59,619 nucleotides of DNA, filler included, from Sphacelaria rigidula (GCA_964200075.2; 3 parts of 3 records of this genome joined end to end with filler, not necessarily neighbours in it); one strand, 5' to 3'; counted from the whole stretch's first letter, positions 25,832 through 39,819 are shown. Numbers and translations: made by a program. Notes: a model not told the origin generated them from the letters alone.

Positions 25832-28637
25832 GAAGCAGGTGGCGTGGTGAACATTCGACTCGTGTCGGACCACGAGACCGGGAAGCCAAAGGGCTTTGCA
25901 TTTGTGGAGTATGAAGACGCCGCTACCGCACTTAGCGCCATCAGGAATCTCAATGGGTTCGAGTGCAATGGACGAGCGGTGCGTTTCTGGGCCGCGTGAT
26001 TACTCAGGGAGTCCACTCGGTTGTGGGCGACGTTCGAGTGTACCAGGCATCCTGTACCAACGTTCTGGCTGAGAGAAAGTCTAGATCACTGCATGCGAGC
26101 CAACGCGTTGCGACCTAATCGCATTATCTTCGCCCCCTCTTGTGTGTGTTGCTGTCATCGCACGCCGCCCACTCACGGGCAGTTACGAGTAAATTTCTCA
26201 AACAACAGCTCGCTTGGTGCGGAGCAAAAACGAGGAGAAAGAGCTCCTCAGCAGGTGATGGTGCCCTCGGCTGCCTGAAATGTTCGTGTTGTCTCATGAG
26301 GTGAATAACATGAACGTAGGTTCCGCCTTACCCTTCTGTCGCTTATGCATCCTTGTCGCTGTTTACCTTGAGTGATGGATCTTTGTGTACAACCTGCCGG
26401 TGGGTATGCAGCCACATTCACGAATATCGCAAGCCATCAGTCAGTAAATGCGTGCTTCTGAGTACCAAGGGGCCATTCTTGTTTTGCTCTCTATAATAGT
26501 CAGCTTGATCACGGGCAGGCCACTCGCTGAATGTATGCCCATATTCCCACGACTACGTAGGAGCGCACGGTGAAATCGGTCGTGAGCCAGATGAGTGCGC
26601 ACGAGGTATACGATGTGGTTTCGAACATGAAGCAAATGGTGGAGAAGGAGCCAGACAAGGCGAAGCAAATGTTTGTGAGTCATCCTCAGGTAAGGACACG
26701 TTACGCGTTTCTTGCGCTGGACCTGCGCTGCCGCATTTCAATAGATACCCCTTGGCTCCAGCGCAATTGTGAAAGTGCGCATATTGCGGGTATCGCCAGC
26801 AGAGCTCGCTTCTCGATTGACGCGGAGCTCGATGTGTGGGGGTATTTCTCGCTTCAACAATTGCATCGCGGGACACACTTCCTGTCCTGCCGTGTAGATG
26901 CAACATTTTCCTTCGCTCTCCTCGTGACAGGTTGCTGAAGCTCTGCTTCACATGCAAGTCAGGTTAGGCATGCTCAAAGCAGACGATGTGCCGTCCTTGC
27001 AAAGACCTCCACCACCACCAGTCGTCGGAGGAGCGATAATGCTTGGGAAAGGTGCACAACTGCCTCTTCTCGTACATCCGATGGTGATGGTGAGTACGCA
27101 GTAGTCCATGATGCTCTCTTGACACTTTGAAACATCTGTATCACCACTTGTCGTCCAAGTGGCTCATAAGAAGACCGCTGCAAGAGACGTGATCGCGTTT
27201 TAAGCGACGGGCAGTACACTCGTGGGGCAAGTGTATGCGAGGCGAGATATATTGTGCACAACCTCTGAACGGCATATTCTCGTGTACTGGTGAAGGTTCT
27301 CGAGACTGTGTCGTGCGATTCGTTCAAGCAGGCTTCGAATCCAGTACTCCTAGTCGGAGGTTGTGCATTCTGAAGGGTGCTGTTACGAAAGGCCTTCCGC
27401 TACACCACTGTTATTGCGCTGATCGTATTTCCACCCCCTACTCTCTTGACGTGTGCAGCATCCGCAGCAGCTTGCCATGCCCGGTCCTTCAGGGACATAT
27501 CATCCACAACAGGTACAGCAGCAGCAGCAACAACAACAGCAACAGTACCAACCACCTCTTGGTCCTCCAACCGTTCCCGCGCCAGCCATGGGGTAAGCTT
27601 CCGGTTTGTATTCCTGATGGTTTCATGCTCGTGTTTTGCGTCATCTGTCGATGTTACGTGTTTCCCAACGTATTCCAGCTCTCGAATCGCGATGCGATGT
27701 TACGCACAGCCCCAGCAAGCATGAGTTTGTCCTTGTCCGTGATCGACCCGTGGGTTCCATCGGTAAGTTATGTTCTTGCGAACGTAGCGTTTCAGTAAGT
27801 ACCGCGAAGTATTGAACAATGGCGAAGGCGGGAAAGTTGCACATGTTCTCGCATGGCCTTAGCACCCAATAGCTCCGCGATTATATGTACGTGTGCTGCT
27901 CTACACGTGAGACACGCGCCTCGATGCCATCCCCTTCAGCTCCTTTTTTTTTGTTTCACTTTGGAAAATGTGTATCGTCGCCAGGTGGGTCGAGGCGACG
28001 ACACAAGTACCACCCCCGGCACAATTCACGCAGCAGCAACAACCGCCACAGGTGTGTAATGTCGTTGTATTCTAGAGATGTGTAGGGGCCGCTCTTCTCC
28101 GGGTGCAACTACCTGCACTTGTAGACGAACTGATTTGTCTTTGCAGCTTGTTTTTTTTAATGAGAGAAGCAACCGCTTCGTTGAGGGTGATTTTGACAAG
28201 ATCGTTTGTATTGCAACTCGTTTGCAGCCGCTACCTCCTTCGTACGAATGTTCACCTCTGGTGCTGTGTCCAGTGCGACAGGTGGAAGCAGCGAACATTT
28301 GCCCTCCCACTGTGTGTTCATACATGCGTGCGCGGCTTGATCCCCAGAGCGCAAGCTGTACCACCCAAACATTTGTGCGCTGGTAACTCCAAAACTCGAA
28401 ACGCCAATTCGAAGTTACTTGTCACGCTGCCATGGTCGTCGTACGTCCCAGGTCGTGATCCAGCCGCCACCCCCACCACCTCATATTCCACAGCCTCAGC
28501 CACCGCAACACCTCCAGCAACCTCAGCAGTCGCAGAGCAACTGGGGCAGTCAACCTGTTGCCCCAGCCGTGACTGCTCGGGCGGAGAGCAATGCGCCTAG
28601 AGACCCACGGGATCCAAGAAACCGCTATAACCGGTAG
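25832..28637 (+). CDS. CSTF2: Cleavage stimulation factor 64-kDa subunit-like protein (RRM + hinge + Pro/Gln-rich tail); 5' exon(s) not located
   Basis: Phase-consistent GT-AG exons 25832-25978, 26183-26254, 26561-26689, 26931-27089, 27459-27592, 27985-28051, 28452-28637. Peptide [55 protein letters not shown] (RNP1), hinge-like [47 protein letters not shown], ends [12 protein letters not shown]-stop. Confidence 0.9.
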
Positions 28638-30201
28638 TCGCATTTTTCGACACACGTACCGTAGACGGTTTGTTTCGATACGACATTTTGGTTTAGAAGC
28701 GAGTTGTTGTTTGAGCACGTGCGTTGATTGTATTATCCAGGTGGTGAAAGGATACTTTTGAGGCGTCGTTTCGTGTTGCGTCGGCGTCGAATCGTGTACG
28801 CCCTGTGATTCTGGCGATTTTCGAAGAGACGCGTTGTGAGAAAGACCCTGACCAAGATACGTGTCTTACCGTGAGACGTGTGACTCTTGCATCGCATGGA
28901 CAGTTGGGTACGCTAGAGCTAGATTCCTACAAGAGGCGTTTTCTCGCATACTGTTGAGCGACCATCGCGCGTTTTTCTTGCTCATGTTCAATACCTACCC
29001 CGGCGTCAGCCCCTGCGAAAATTTTGAATTGCATTTGCGGTGTACATCCTCAAAGTCGCCATCTGCAGGGCCCGGGCGACAGGGCTGGTGGAGAGACAAC
29101 CGTCTTGCGCCGTCACGTTTCGCACGACAACTGTCGGAAGTATGTCGTGGGTACACAAAAAATCGACTTCACTGTCGACGGTGGAAAGGGACCACTGAAA
29201 CTTTCTCGCGATATAAAAGCAAGGCAACCTTCGCAGAAGGGAGATGGAGTAGCAGAAACAAGATTAATCAAAAAAATTTATGTTGGCCTTCCTCCCGTGT
29301 GACCCCGACTGATGCGCTCACCTATATCGAACGGTTTAGACTGACGTTCAGAATAGGTGAGAGAAAAATACACGTCCTACAAAAACATCCACCTCAGAGT
29401 GGAAAGCCATTCTGTACCGTCCTATTTGCATGTACGCTTATATGTTTCCCTCTTTGATGTATATGCAGGAACTGATAACACGGGTGGACTGTAGCAACTT
29501 TTTTTCGTCGGATACTTCCCCCTTCCGTTACCGAGCTCTAACCTGCTCCTGCAACGATACTATCAAGTTCATGCGATTTGATTAGAAGTAGAATTCCGCA
29601 TCTTTCTGAGAAATCCACACACTTCATGGTCATTTGAGCGAAATATTGCATGAAGGAGCCCAGTTTGAAACGTCTCTGCAAGCAGAAATATCCACGAGTG
29701 TTTTTGTCATCAATGTGAAGTTCCTATTCAACACAACTTAACCCTTTGGGAATCGGACTCACAGAAACATGGTATTTGCCCGCAGGGACCCTTTTGGGAA
29801 TCAGCATCATATTTACTTGAAAACGACCGGAAGTGACCCCGATTCACAGAAGGGCCCCTGCGTGCAAACACCATGTTTCTGGGAGTCCGGTCCCAAATTG
29901 GTTAATATCGGTGACACTCACACAGAAGTCCATTCGAGAGTCCCCTCGAAAATGAGGTTGATCATCAGGGGGCAGCAAGAAAACAATCTGGACACATGGG
30001 TCCCAAGATGAAAAAAAAAAGAGTTTTTGAGGGGGGAGGGGACACACAGCTGGGTGTCCCCTGGTTTATTACCGAAGCGTTGGCGGATGCGGTCAGCTGC
30101 CGTGGACAGTGGGGAACCTTGAATATATTATACCATATACAAGTATGTGCTTCTGCTCCGTCATATATATAATATACACGAAGTATAATATTATATATAT
30201 C

Positions 30202-30740
30202 AAGGAGCAGAAGCATGTATACAAACCCCGCAAAGTCCTCAAGACTTTTCGGATTTTGTCAAAGTTTTTTTTCCTGCAACAAAGTCAAGAGATGAATATC
30301 CAAAAAATCAGGATAATTTTCGAAAAAATGCCCCCTGGCATCTGAGCCCATCGGGACGGAGCAGTCAAGGAGCAAAAGCAATTATACGAACCCCGTAAAG
30401 CCCACCAGACTTTTCGGTTTTGTCAGTGTTTATTGGTGAATTTCTTGCAACAAAAATTAACGAAAGAAAATCCAAAAATTCATGACAAGTTGCGGAAAAA
30501 ATGGCCGTCCGGCATCTGAGGTCATTGAGACAGAGCAGGCAAGGAGCAGCAGCAAATATACAAACCCCGCAAAGCCCACCAGACGCTTCGGTTTTTGTCA
30601 GTGTTTATTGATCAATTTCGTGTAACAAAGTAGTAACAGAAAAAATCAAAATCAAAATCAAAACAGATGTTATTGATCATTTTCTTGCACAGGGTTGACA
30701 AAAAAAATCATGACAATTTTCGAGAAAATACCTTCCCGAG
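30202..30740. repeat. Tandem 165-175-bp repeats within a TE-like region
   Basis: AAGGAGCA...AACCCCG.AAAG.CC.C.AGAC.TTTCGG units at 30202, 30367, 30541; an inverted copy at about 32700-32836. Confidence 0.8.
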
Positions 30741-31632
30741 GGGGGGGGGGGGGAGGAAGGAGAGCGTCTCTTTTTTGCACCCCCGACATCGAGGCAAAGG
30801 GTGCTTTCGCACATACTCTTTGGGGTACTCAAGGCAACGAACCCCCCGAAATGTTTGAGGGAAGTTGGTGGAGGCCATGAGGTCGCCCACAAGAAGGTAA
30901 TTTTTCATGACTTGAGGTCAGGGCAAGTACTGTTTAGGAGTTGAACCTTGCTTTGATGTTCAACTTCATTTTCGAGGAGACTCTTAGCTGCTATTATTAT
31001 ACGTACGTACTGTACACTCGTGACCCCGGTTGTTTGTGCACCCCCCCCCCCTCCTCCGTCCTTATCGTAGAATCAATTTCATCACAGATTCCCTTATGGA
31101 TCACTCGGGTTTAACCCCAGCTAAAAGGGGCTACCCTAGAAGCGGCACCTACGAAGGTGCTCGCGTCTGTACACATGATAAAACAAAGAGAGTAGTGCAC
31201 CACCAATAACAAGTAGACATGAGAAAACAAAGGGAGCTGTAGGCATACATTCGTGTTGTCTTCGTATTTCGGAATAGTTTCAACCATTCAGAGATGGATA
31301 AGGACAATATGTATGCGTTACTGCGCTACTGGAACTCCGGGCGATCAGCGAAGCTCGTTGTCTCTACTTGTAGCTGGTGGTAGCCTCTCCCTAGCTCACA
31401 TTCTATCTGTACAGCTAGAACACAGCTAAACTTTTTCAAAAGTTGGATTAAGAGAATCATACTTTGTCAGTAAGACAGCTTGCCATTGTGTGGCTGGACT
31501 ACGGTATCGCAATCGTACCGGACTGCTTGCTGTCTGTACTGTATACCATTATACATTACAGACAGACAGTAGCGGAGCATCGCATAGAGTGCTCACGGGT
31601 GCTGAGGCACTGCTGTAAGTCCACAAGTCGCC

Positions 31633-34600
31633 ATGGCGCTGTACCGTAGCAAGCTAGGCCGAGTTGGAGGAGTAGGAGGAGATGGCGGCGGGCAGGAGGG
31701 TGGGATTGCCGTAGACTTGGACCCCCTTTCAGCGTTTGCGCTACATATGGGTCGATCAAGCACTGACGAAGAACCGCCCGCAACAACCGTGCCCAACACT
31801 GCAAGTAGTAGCACTCCACGAGGACGAAACCCTGTAGCACCAGCAAGACCCATGATGGCAGGGCCTACTTCAGGAGTTCCCCACAATCGACATGATATAG
31901 GGCTGGTGGGAGTAACCGAAGGGTCGAGTAACGGCTTGTCAACAGATTGGAGAAATGGGAAATCCAATGATCCGTCATACCAGGTGAGATATGTACTCCA
32001 ATTTCAAACTATTCCGCAACAGCATCACATATCGTAATACGAGTGCAAGTATAGTACAAGTGAGTGAGTACGACGTACAACATTTCAATGGCACCAGATC
32101 ACAACCGTGCGAATGAGTCGTCGCCATTAACAGCACCCCGAGTCGGTTCGTTTTCATACCGATATATGCTTTGGACATGTTCAACGGCTGGCAGCTTGTA
32201 CGGACTATGGATATTGTGGTGTCTGCCATTTCGCCAGCTGCGTGATCGAAAGCTTCAATGACAGCTCGCGCGCTCGGTCTTTCGTCTATTGTAGCAAGAG
32301 GACGAAATCATTACCGTTTCGCGCGAATGCACATAATACGTGCATGCACGATCAAAGGTCAGAGCTGGTCGAGCAGAAAATAATCGAACCAGCTTGCGCC
32401 CCAAGACGATTTTTGCTGAGAGCATCGTGAAGTTTTCTTGGGCAGTTGAGGTATCTCAACTCGAGGTTTCCGATGCAATTATCCCGTTCACCGCCTGGGT
32501 CGCGGTCATCTGAATCGGCATCATAGTTGAAAAATGGAGTTGATACCCAGGTTGCTCACTCTGGGAATCAAAGGGTTAACAGTTGGTTGGTATATTTGTG
32601 AGTGCCAGTTCTTGGCCCGCAAACAAAAATCATTTTACTTCCAAACTGAAACCAAGGGTCTGTCAGGAGAAGATGTTCGGACATGGAGCCCCTCTCCCGG
32701 AGGGCAATTTTTCGAAAATTGTCGTGATTTTTTGTGGTTTTTTTGTTGGTATTATTGAAATGAATCAAGGAACACTGACAAAAACCGAAAAGTCTGGTGG
32801 GCTTTGCGAGGTTCGTATGTTTGCTTCTGCTCCTTTCCCGATCTGCCCCGATGATCTCGGATGCCGACTACGCTCACACATATGTGTTATGTACACGAGT
32901 GCACGGTAACGACAGCCTGCAGCCAAAGTAGCAACATCATCTCACGCCTCGCCAAACTTGCCCAGACTATCGTAAACTCATAAATGGTAGCCACAGACGG
33001 CGAAACAGAACGGGGGTAAGTTATGTAAAAGGTTTTTGTGTAATGTATGGAAGAAACGTAATGAGCACCGAAATGCTGTGAGGTATCCCTATCAGGAGTA
33101 GGAACGGTGCTCCGTCTCGGAAGGGATGCGTGGCCAATTTTCAAACGACGAAGGCAAGCCACGGATGAGTACCCCCCCCCCCCCTTCCCGCCTCCACGGG
33201 GGTTTGGCGGAGAAAAAGGAAGTTTTGTAATACTCGTTTACACGCACGCCGCGCTAGCGGCCAAGCATTCGACCAAACCATCACAGGGGACCCACAGGCG
33301 ATCAAGGATGGTGCCGGTGTGTTTCTCCCGGCTCCTTTCGTTGTAGAAGAGCAAAAGTGTGTATGAGAAGTGGCTGTTGAGGTGTCGGTCAAGTGTGCCC
33401 TGGATGCCAGCAGGTGTCAAGGTTGTTTATCATTGTAGTTGGGGATTGGTTGATCGACCATTGTTGATATGTGTTCGCAGAGCACGAGGGCATTATTGTG
33501 TGTACATTTTATCATCATCACTTGGCTAGGCGGACATACCTGGGATTCCTCTATAGCCCAAGTCGTGCTCACAGCTCAGGTATCATTTTTTATTATACAG
33601 ACCTCTTGTAGCTGTGATATGGTGGATAATGATGATACGGTACCTTAAGTTGCACCCCCACCCACCTCCGTTTTTTTCCCGGCCGAAACGAGGTTTTGCA
33701 GCTTATGTTCCTCAGGATTGTAGATACGAGTCCCCCTGAACGTTTCAAATATTAATATGAGCAATGAAACCTCTGGCTTGCTTTTCTCAACGGGACTGGC
33801 TGATCGGAGACGATTCTAGGTGTGGGCAAATATCACACATCAGATCCACATAAACCCTCACACTTCGTGGTGTAGCTTTGGGTATGATGCTCTGATATCG
33901 GCTACCATGGCATCGATGGAAGCTCAGATCATTGAGCAGCACATAGAGGCGTCGAAACCCTTCGTGAACGTCGACGCCAAAGCTGGCCCAATCAAAGAAC
34001 CCCAAAACGTTCAATGGGCCGGATATCATGTCCCATTGCGATCAGTACCGCGAAGGTGGGGTTTCTGAAACCCTGGAAAACATCGTGGGGTTCATCGTCC
34101 ACTCTGTTCGGCCGTGTGGGCATCATCTGAAAACAAATTTATGTGACATCACAAGGTCTACCGGCTGTACTCTTAGGGGGCACCTTCGGTATAAAATCAG
34201 TACAGTGCCGTTCATCAAGAATTCTCGCGCGATTGCACATTAATTTGGCACATGCATGCTGGGACATTTGAGGAACTATACAAAGGTACAAGTACAGACC
34301 GTGTATTTTGCCAACAGTACGAGGGTACAAGTACAGGCTGTACTTGCAACCTTGTACTACTGTATTTCCGACTACAAGCTGTACTCTGCAAGTACGGTAG
34401 TGCAAGGTTGCGAGTACAGTCTCTACTCTGCAAGCACAGTAGTGCAAGTACACTCTGTACTTTGCACACACAGTAGTACGAGGTAGTCAATCATTCGTTC
34501 GCGACAACGGGAGGCAGGCTCGCATTTGGCAGCGGTGATGTCGGTAATGTCTTCAGTTCTACACCGTCTTGATTGTAAGCTTCAAGGCTACATGCAGATG

Positions 34601-37600
34601 CACATACATGGTGCATGAAAATGCAGAGGATACGACTTCTGCCTGCACTACGGTACACGTGGAGGCTTTACTTTGTTTGCAAACACCCATAACCGTCTCA
34701 GATGAAAAAAAATAGACTCTCGAATTGAAGAAAAATGACGCAAGATCGGTCATAATAAAAGGTGTGGGTGGATCTTTACTTCCCCCACATACAGGCTGGG
34801 CCGCCCAAGACGGGGACAGGGATGTGAACACGCGATTTAGCAGCTCAATTTTGGGTCGTTTCCTTTGAAATTTTGACACGAAGTACACGACGTATGTACA
34901 AAGCCTCCATTTTCGGCCCCCTATTTTTTTACGTTTTTTGAGGAGATATTCACGATTTTGTTCCGAAATAAAACTGTTCTGAAATATTTGGTCGCCGATA
35001 ACTCACGGAGAAAAAAAACAAATGTACGGGGCTGAAAGTGGAGTCTTTGCACATACATCGTGTACATCGTGTAAAAAATTCAACGACCCAAAATTAAGCT
35101 ACCAAAACGCGTGTTCGTGTCGAAGACTGGTTCCTATGTGGAGATGGACCAGCCACGAAAAATGAAATGCGGTTACCCTGTTCAATTTCAAGAATTATCC
35201 ACGAAATTTCGACACAGTGCGCATGACGTATGTTGTGAAGTCCCCTATGTCCCCCCTTGAATTTTTTTCCCTCCAATGAGTTGTCGACGCTTTTTTACCA
35301 GGGAAATATTCCGAAATATATAACACCAATAACTCACGAGGAAAAAAGAAGAAGAAGGGCAAACGGTAGCGGCTTCACATATACCCCATGTATATCGTGT
35401 CAATTTTTTATAGAAAACGACTTGAAATTGAGCAGTGAATTCGCGTTTTTCTGTCGAGAACCGGTTCACTTGCTTTTAGATTACAACAACCTCAGCCGGA
35501 ACTTTGACGTTTTCTGCAAGCCGGACTCTCGTCTGCGTGCCGTCTCAGACCCTGCGCGCGTGCAGTACGACATGCACTGTTGTACAACCATGACTAGGGC
35601 AGCACCATCGCTTTGTAGCCACGACACAACCGACTGTAACCGTAAATGCGATTTCAACCGGGTTTTTCCCCCCAATTCCGCCGCACATGCCACCCTCAGC
35701 TCTCTACACTTCGCAGCTGACTACAGTCTGGTTTTTCGTTTGATAAGAACTTGTCAGATCGTAGTGCTACGTGAAGTCAAAAACGCGCGTTGAGTTGCAG
35801 ATTACCACGGTTTGTCATAGGCACGACTCGCGATAGATCGTCAGTTAAAACCGGCTGAAATAAAGTCCGCTTCTTAGGCGGCCCAGCCTGTATGGGGATA
35901 TTATATTTCCGCTACAAGCTGAGCCAGCTGACCGTGATTTTTTAATGAAGAATGGCGATGTTATTGGAATTTCGAAGAGTTGAGCGCTGAAATGTAAATG
36001 AAAAATGGACGACATTTTTATCATCAACCCGCCCAACCCTATAGGAGGTAAAGGGGAAAGAAACCAGGAAGTTAGAGCGAGTTGAAGTTTCAGCAAAAAC
36101 AGGAAAAAAACTATAACTTCGTGAAAAATAAAATAAAACGTCTGCACCTCCGATACCGTTGTGGGCACTCGCGTCAAGGCCATCTTTGTAAAGTTTCGGC
36201 CAAAAATACGTCAAATTGAGCCTAGCGTCGCACTTTTCGTGTGACACGGCTGCACCCCGCTGGCCAAACTGATACACCAGCCTGCAATTACACAGTCTCG
36301 AGTTCGAATCCCGACACGACAAAAAATTGTGTGCATATTCTAATCGTGCATAATCTCTCGTACCTCCCAGGTTGCAATGAGTCTCGATATTTTGTTTACG
36401 GTCTTGCGTTCGGGGGGTCATCACGCAGTTTCAAGTAGTACTTCTCCCTCGTACGAGTACGGTGATAAACGACAGTCGGCTCGGAGGTTCTCTCCCATGA
36501 TGGCTGTTGACGAGCCTGATGCCATCTTGCAGCACTACCAGTGTGCTCTTGCCTGCGCATATCGGGTGTTCGTGTGCCTATGTGGCGCAACTATCTATCG
36601 TAATTCCACCGCATTTTGTGAAACGAAACGTCTCCAGACACCCTGTCACGCAACGACAGGAGACGTACCCGGTACTCAATGTAGTACAATAACATAGTCG
36701 CCAATACTGCGCCAATCGACCAGCGGTGGTGCCGTGTCTTACCAGGTTAGTCTACAGTTCACAGCGATATGCTCAAGTCGCGCTGATTTGGGGAACCTGA
36801 GAAGTTGTGGTGCGGGAAACGAATGCAGGATCTACTGCTGGCGCAGCTCGAAGATTAATGTATTGATTGCGTGGACCGCGGTTTAAACCTTCCATACATA
36901 CATATATGCATACATACGTACGCCTGCCTTTGACGGCCGTGATGATCTTATTTGTTCATGTGTACATGTATACATATATATATATAGAACCGAGGGTACC
37001 TGATATAATCTTGTCTGCGAAATGTCAGGACGACTCAAGCCGGCGTTCAATCATGTTCATGATCTGTTGTGGGTACAGCTGCTGTTGTGCGAGTGACCAA
37101 GCACTTGAAAATTCAAAACAAAAAAATGAAAAGAAAAGAGGAGATACGAAAATATCACGGTCAGAAACGAATGAACGATAGACTGTAGAGAAAGTAACGT
37201 TACACAATCAGATAATTCGCCTACGCTCAAACATACGATGGGTCACCGTCAGCATCACGTACACAGTAAAGTCACGCGTTACGCGACACGTTACAACGCC
37301 TTAAGCATTGGTACATGAGCTGCGACATGCGCAGAGTGAAACTTTACGTTCGAACGTTACATATTACGTTACATGTTGCATGTAACGAAACGTATCGTTA
37401 TTTTTTTCACGTGATAAACGTAACGTTAATTTTTCTTCACGTGCCAAAACGAAACGTAACGTGAACGTGTAACGTGTCGAACTCTGAAATAAACTCGTTC
37501 ATTCAAAGATTTTTAATGAACCATGGTACATGCGTGCAATTTTTTAACGTCTAACCCCAGAAACTGTCGAGAAGTTTTGCCGATGAACGTATGTTGGGTG

Positions 37601-39532
37601 ATGAACGTGAACCAGCCTGTAGTCACGGTGTGAACAACCTTGAGGTGGAGCGTGCTATTTGCCGTTCGTTGGTACCATCTGACGCATATGCTCGGTGTAC
37701 GCTTGCAATATCTCCTGACCCCAAGCCGTGCTATACGAGCAGAAATGCACAAGATCAAATTCGCGATTTATCTTGTTGGCCAGTTTTTTTTAATGAGATG
37801 TGCCCTTGACATGATGTTTGTTTTTTGGGACTCTCTCTGACGACAGCCGCCGCTTTTTTGGTGCACGTCTACCCTCAAATTTTCAGGCCCTTGACTCTTT
37901 GAAAGTCTCCGGGATCATGGTCCTAGATTATGTCCGTTTGCATTCGCGTTAGTTCATTCATTGGGTAGTTTCCCTAGGTGTAAAAATATCCTCAAATGAC
38001 TCTAGTGCTTGACAGGATTGATGCAACAGAAAAAGTTTCTGCCGATGCATGTGCAGCAGCATTTTGTATGATACAGGGAAGAGGATGCACTCTTTCTATG
38101 TGTTCGATGCATCACTCTGCTCCACGTGCTCGCATGTTTCTACACGCAGGGCCACGTACACAGCTGGTGCCGAAGGGTTTGGCATACCGGGGCCCATGTC
38201 TATACCTGGTCTACGTACCCCCTTTTGGTCCATGTCACACCCGTCGGCTGGCGTTACATCGCTGCTGTTTTGCTGTTGCTGTACGAAGACGGCAACATTC
38301 TGCTGGCAGCGGCTTGTGTACGAATAAATATAACGCACGGCACATGCGTGGCAATGGCTGTTTCTCTGCAGGTGTTTTCTCTCGCCTGTAAACAGCTATT
38401 TCAAATCTCCGCCAAATGCGTCTGCGGTTGGCGTCCAAGTAGGGGTGCGGTGCGCTCAGCGCGTTGTGCTGAGCAAAGCTGTGGAAGCAAAATGGAGAAT
38501 GAGCGTTGTAGATGTTTTCCAACTTCGCAAGAGTCAACCGTTTCCTTATAATTTGGAGCCCGTGTGGGATTATAAATTACAGTACGAACCAGGTATTACT
38601 CGGAAGCTGAACTTACGGTGCTCTCACTGATGCTGGTACTGTTGCTATGTTGGTAGCGAGGAAAGTGCAAAAACTTGTTGCCTTGTACTGTGAAAATGCT
38701 TCGGGCATTTTGGCGACACAACGCAGCAGAGTATTAGATGAAAGTGTTGGCGTTTGAAAGACTTAACGCGAGGTTACATTCGATTCAGGCCTCCACCCGA
38801 CGGTCGTCATCCCCGACAATCAAATCGAAACGCGTCTCAGCAAAGACCTGATCTGAATTCCGCTCTCGCATAGCGATGCTGACCACATGACAGTCATAAG
38901 CCGCCAAACAGCTATGAGTTTTGCGCTGACACTGAAGCCGCCACGTTGTCACCGTCGCCAACCGCTCGCATTTCACCAGCGTCTGCGAAAGTGTGGTGGT
39001 GTCAAAACTAGTTACCGTGGAACTCAGGCCTTTGTTCGCACGTCCCTGTTTGTTGTACCGAACGCCAGTCGCTCTCGTTGGCACTGTCAAAGGACTCCCG
39101 TGATACTGCACCGTACGCTCGCCCAACACCCGATCATCGTGCCGGCTCTGGTGTACCTGAGGCGTCATCGCTGCTGGAAAGGCACATGTCTGACTTGGCT
39201 GCACCGAGTCCACCCAGGCAGCTAAGTGTGAGTGCTTTCAGCGCTTTCAGCGTCGCCTGCGGGGAACTGTTGTTCCTCATGTGTGTTTTGCTCCCCAAGT
39301 CACCGCACGGTAGAACGGGCGTCAGTCCTGAGGACCAAGCTCAGCATCGTGTTTCCCCTCTTCCCAATCTGGCCCCACCCCGTCCGACCTGTGCACCGTT
39401 ATCTAGTCGCTGCAGGACCGCGCACAGCCAACAGGGAGCCGGAAGCAGGTTGTAGCAAAGCCAACCGGTGACACTGTGATCGGGGGTGGGGCATGGCAAG
39501 ACATTGCGGCGGAGAAGATCGACCCTCTAGAG
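31633..39532 (+). CDS. Partial multi-exon gene of unknown function, possibly decaying; runs toward the contig end
   Basis: Start exon 31633-31983 (MALYRSKLG..NDPSYQ|GTGAGA) joins in phase to 33820 (VWANITHQIH..); further exon-like blocks near 36440, 37561, 38150, 38372, 38789; clean phase-0 pair ..PPRQLS|GTGAGT (39227) and 39407-39532. Some middle blocks need frameshifts or contain stops. Confidence 0.4.
34285..34480. repeat. GTAC/TGCA-rich quasi-palindromic repeat patch containing a 33-bp stem
   Basis: Reiterated GTACAAGTAC, CTGTACT(C)TGCA and CAGTAGTGCAAG units in both orientations. Confidence 0.8.
37190..37486. mobile_element. hAT-like terminus with (G)TAACG/CGTTAC subterminal motifs
   Basis: Dense GTAACG/CGTTAC motifs ending GTGTCGAACTCTG (CAG-type TIR). 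Confidence 0.45.
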
Positions 39533-39719
39533 GTGGGTACTGGGCACCACATCATTCGCCTGGGGAGGGAGTGTGGTGGAGAGAGTTGAGCTGTAATGGC
39601 GCGATGTACATGTGTTGTTTACTAGTAGAATGAGCACATTACAGGAGAGTGATGCTACGGTAGGGATACAGAAATAACTTCTGAGGTTAGAATTGTTAGG
39701 AGCCCCTTATCTCATCCAA

Positions 39720-39819
39720 NNNNNNNNNNNNNNNNNNNNNNNNNNNNNNNNNNNNNNNNNNNNTTAATTAATTAANNNNNNNNNNNNNNNNNNNNNNNNN
39801 NNNNNNNNNNNNNNNNNNN
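39720..39819. other. Artificial contig spacer
   Basis: 44 N + TTAATTAATTAA + 44 N. Confidence 0.98.

Noticed and set aside
29738-32580. piggyBac-like element (TTAACCCTTTG...CAAAGGGTTAA) capturing the 31633 exon
   Set aside because: Only 7 bp of TIR match beyond TTAA; more likely ends of two separate elements.
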